A stretch of DNA of 64,000 nt from Savitreella phatthalungensis (Eukaryota). The position numbers and the translations under genes were made by a program. Below are positions 61,746 through 64,000 of the stretch, piece by piece. The first letter of the stretch is position 1. The number at the start of each line of letters is the position of its first letter. The stretch covers positions 248,001 through 312,000 of the forward strand of contig AP039699.1 of the NCBI GenBank assembly GCA_051599415.1. Reading direction: 5' to 3'. A model generated the notes under the pieces. It was not told the DNA's origin. It was given only the letters and a program-made list of their open reading frames with translations, and ran no database searches.

Positions 61746-64000
61746 ATGGACCAGCTCTCCTTCTCCCTCTTCGCTTCGGCGCAGATCAAGTTCCCACTCA
61801 AGATCACAGCAACGGAGCTGGAATTGCCAAAGCAGCAACCTCCACTATCATCTGAGATCTTTCGTGACCCGCGGATCGCCTTTGTAGGCAGCAACACAAA
61901 GGATGCCTTCGAATTCTACCTCACACTCGAGCTATGGGCAGGCAACAAGCGTCTATGGCCTGAGCTCCGCACGCGCTACCGCTACAACAAGACAAAGAAA
62001 GTGCGATGGAACGAGACCCTCGTATTCCCTGACATCTGCGCACTCCCACTGGATGCTCAGCTCGCAATCACTGTCTGGGATGTGCGCGGACCGGGTCAAA
62101 AGTACCCGCTCGCAGGCACCACCATTCGCGTTTATGATCAGGATGGCGTTCTGCGGAAAGGCAGGCAGAAGCTTCTCCTTCATCGTGATCGCGCAGCAGA
62201 TCCATTCGAAAATACAAGCACACCAAGCGAATCGACAGAGGTAACCGAGCTGGACCGCCTCGAAGAGCGCATCAAAAGTCATGAGGCAGGTGACCTGCCA
62301 CGAATCGATTGGCTTGACAACCTCGCATTCAGGCAGCTGGAGAAGCTCGCAGCACAACCGAGCACATCCGAGCACAGCTACCTGATTCTCGAGTTTCCTA
62401 GATTCGACTTTCCCGTCGTTTACACAACGCAAGAGCACAGGTACACAATCAAAGCAGGTCAGCAACACCACAAGCACACCATGGTCATGGTTCATGATCC
62501 CGATGCAGCCAATGCAAATCCAGTCGAAATCAAGCACCGGAAGCTCGTTCGCAGCCACCGCACTGGTCAAGTCGACCGCGATCTCAAACCATCACCCCGA
62601 GTTCGTGATACCCTGTTCGAGATCGTGTCAAGCCCCGTCTCGACAGACCTCACGAGCGAGGACAAGGATCTACTGTGGAAATTTCGTTACTTTCTCGCAA
62701 AGCAAACGCGCGTGCGTGCAGCACTGCCAAAATTCCTCCGTGCTGTCGTTTGGACAGATGCCACAGAGGCTACTCAGGCTGTTGCTCTTCTCTCACGCTG
62801 GCAGATGGTCTCCGTCGAATGTGCGCTCGAATTGCTCGGTCCAGCGTTCACGAATGAGGAAGTGCGTCGATTTGCGGTCTCCAGACTGGCGGCAGCATCG
62901 GAAGCAGACATCACACTCTACTTACTACAGCTTGTCCAGGCGCTGCGCTACGAACCCGCAAGTTCACCACTCAAGTCACTGCTCATCGAGCGCGCACAAG
63001 CAAACGAGCGGATTGCCGGACAACTGTTCTGGTATCTGAACGTCGAAGGCGCCTCGCCCCCTATCTTCCTCAAGACAAAGGAAGAATTACTGCTTGCTCT
63101 ACCTGAGACAAGCTCGCTCGAGGCGCAGGAAGCCTTTGTGGGCGATCTCACAAAAATGGCGGAAGCTATCAAGGCAAGCAAGGAAACGCGTCCAAAGCGC
63201 ATCGAACGTCTTCGCGCCTGGGCGTCCGAGCACACCTTCAGCGAGCCCATTCCATTCCCGCTAGACCCCACGATGAAGCTTGTTGGATTCGAGCCAGAAA
63301 AATGCTCAGTCTTCAAATCTTCCCTCTTCCCGCTGCGTCTATCGCTGCGACTGACAACAGGAGCACACTTCGACTGTATCTTCAAGAGCGGTGACGATCT
63401 CAGACAAGATCAACTCGTCATTCAGATCATCGCTGTTTTCAACGAGCTCCTCCTCAAAGAAAACCTCGACCTCAAGCTCACGCCTTACCGCATTCTCGCC
63501 ACCTCAGTAGCGTCCGGGTTCGTTGAGTTCGTCGCATCAGAATCACTGGCTGCGATCTTGTCTGAGTATGGCACGATTGGGTCGTATCTTGGCGCGACTT
63601 CGACGCGAAAAGTCCCGGAAGAGATGATGGACAACTATGTTCGATCTTGCGCGGGCTATTGTGTTATCACATACCTGCTCGGTGTCGGTGACCGTCATCT
63701 CGACAATCTGCTCCTCACACGCGATGGCCATTTCTTCCACGCCGACTTTGGCTTCATCCTCGGGCGCGACCCTAAGCCGTTTGCACCCGCACTCAAGCTC
63801 GCCAAAGAGATGGTCGACGTCATGAATTCAAACTCGCCAGAACACGACCCGCAGCTTTGGTACGCGCGATTCAAGGGACACTGTTTCACGGCGTTCGCAG
63901 CCCTACGCAAAAACGCAGCAGTCATCCTTAACCTATTCGAGCTCATGACAGATGCAAGTATCCCGGACATCCGTGCAGAGCCAAAACGTGCGGTCGCCAA
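61746..64000 (+). CDS. VPS34: Class III phosphatidylinositol 3-kinase Vps34 (runs off the window end)
   Basis: Not in the ORF track because it has no stop in the window. Hand translation from ATG 61746: MDQLSFSLFAS..., RIDWLDNLAF, LLWKFRYFL, LLQLVQALRYE, FKSSLFP, FKSGDDLRQDQL, LGVGDRHLDN, HADFG. The ATG and the kinase FKSGDD motif are in the same frame. Confidence 0.96.
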   Translation, partial: MDQLSFSLFASAQIKFPLKITATELELPKQQPPLSSEIFRDPRIAFVGSNTKDAFEFYLTLELWAGNKRLWPELRTRYRYNKTKKVRWNETLVFPDICALPLDAQLAITVWDVRGPGQKYPLAGTTIRVYDQDGVLRKGRQKLLLHRDRAADPFENTSTPSESTEVTELDRLEERIKSHEAGDLPRIDWLDNLAFRQLEKLAAQPSTSEHSYLILEFPRFDFPVVYTTQEHRYTIKAGQQHHKHTMVMVHDPDAANANPVEIKHRKLVRSHRTGQVDRDLKPSPRVRDTLFEIVSSPVSTDLTSEDKDLLWKFRYFLAKQTRVRAALPKFLRAVVWTDATEATQAVALLSRWQMVSVECALELLGPAFTNEEVRRFAVSRLAAASEADITLYLLQLVQALRYEPASSPLKSLLIERAQANERIAGQLFWYLNVEGASPPIFLKTKEELLLALPETSSLEAQEAFVGDLTKMAEAIKASKETRPKRIERLRAWASEHTFSEPIPFPLDPTMKLVGFEPEKCSVFKSSLFPLRLSLRLTTGAHFDCIFKSGDDLRQDQLVIQIIAVFNELLLKENLDLKLTPYRILATSVASGFVEFVASESLAAILSEYGTIGSYLGATSTRKVPEEMMDNYVRSCAGYCVITYLLGVGDRHLDNLLLTRDGHFFHADFGFILGRDPKPFAPALKLAKEMVDVMNSNSPEHDPQLWYARFKGHCFTAFAALRKNAAVILNLFELMTDASIPDIRAEPKRAVA

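Overview
Gene-dense, nearly intron-free fungal chromosomal window. The lineage is probably Taphrinomycotina-like: this is an inference from protein style, intron geometry and the presence of complex-I factor CIA30. It holds about 27 protein-coding genes, mostly housekeeping: partial cytochrome P450, EGT1, ESA1, TRS85, DBP2, HBS1/SKI7, PAN2, two U1A/U2B''-family RRM genes around RVS161, a FAD1-TAH18 fusion, SYF1, CHM7, VMA8, a GH5 glucanase, DBP4, RSC9, CGR1, CIA30, FIG4, XKS1, a SNF2-RING ATPase, beta-carbonic anhydrase, an MFS pump, partial VPS34 and two orphans. I saw no tRNA, rRNA, transposon or CRISPR. Most notable: (1) one uninterrupted ORF fusing FAD synthetase to the diflavin reductase Tah18/NDOR1, with a canonical-looking 3' splice site in the linker; (2) an HBS1 gene with a Ski7-like cassette exon that allows three isoforms; (3) a probable AUA-initiated mitochondrial presequence on carbonic anhydrase; (4) the long, structured DBP2 intron; (5) overlapping or abutting convergent genes. 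All protein assignments come from motif recognition by eye; no database search was run.
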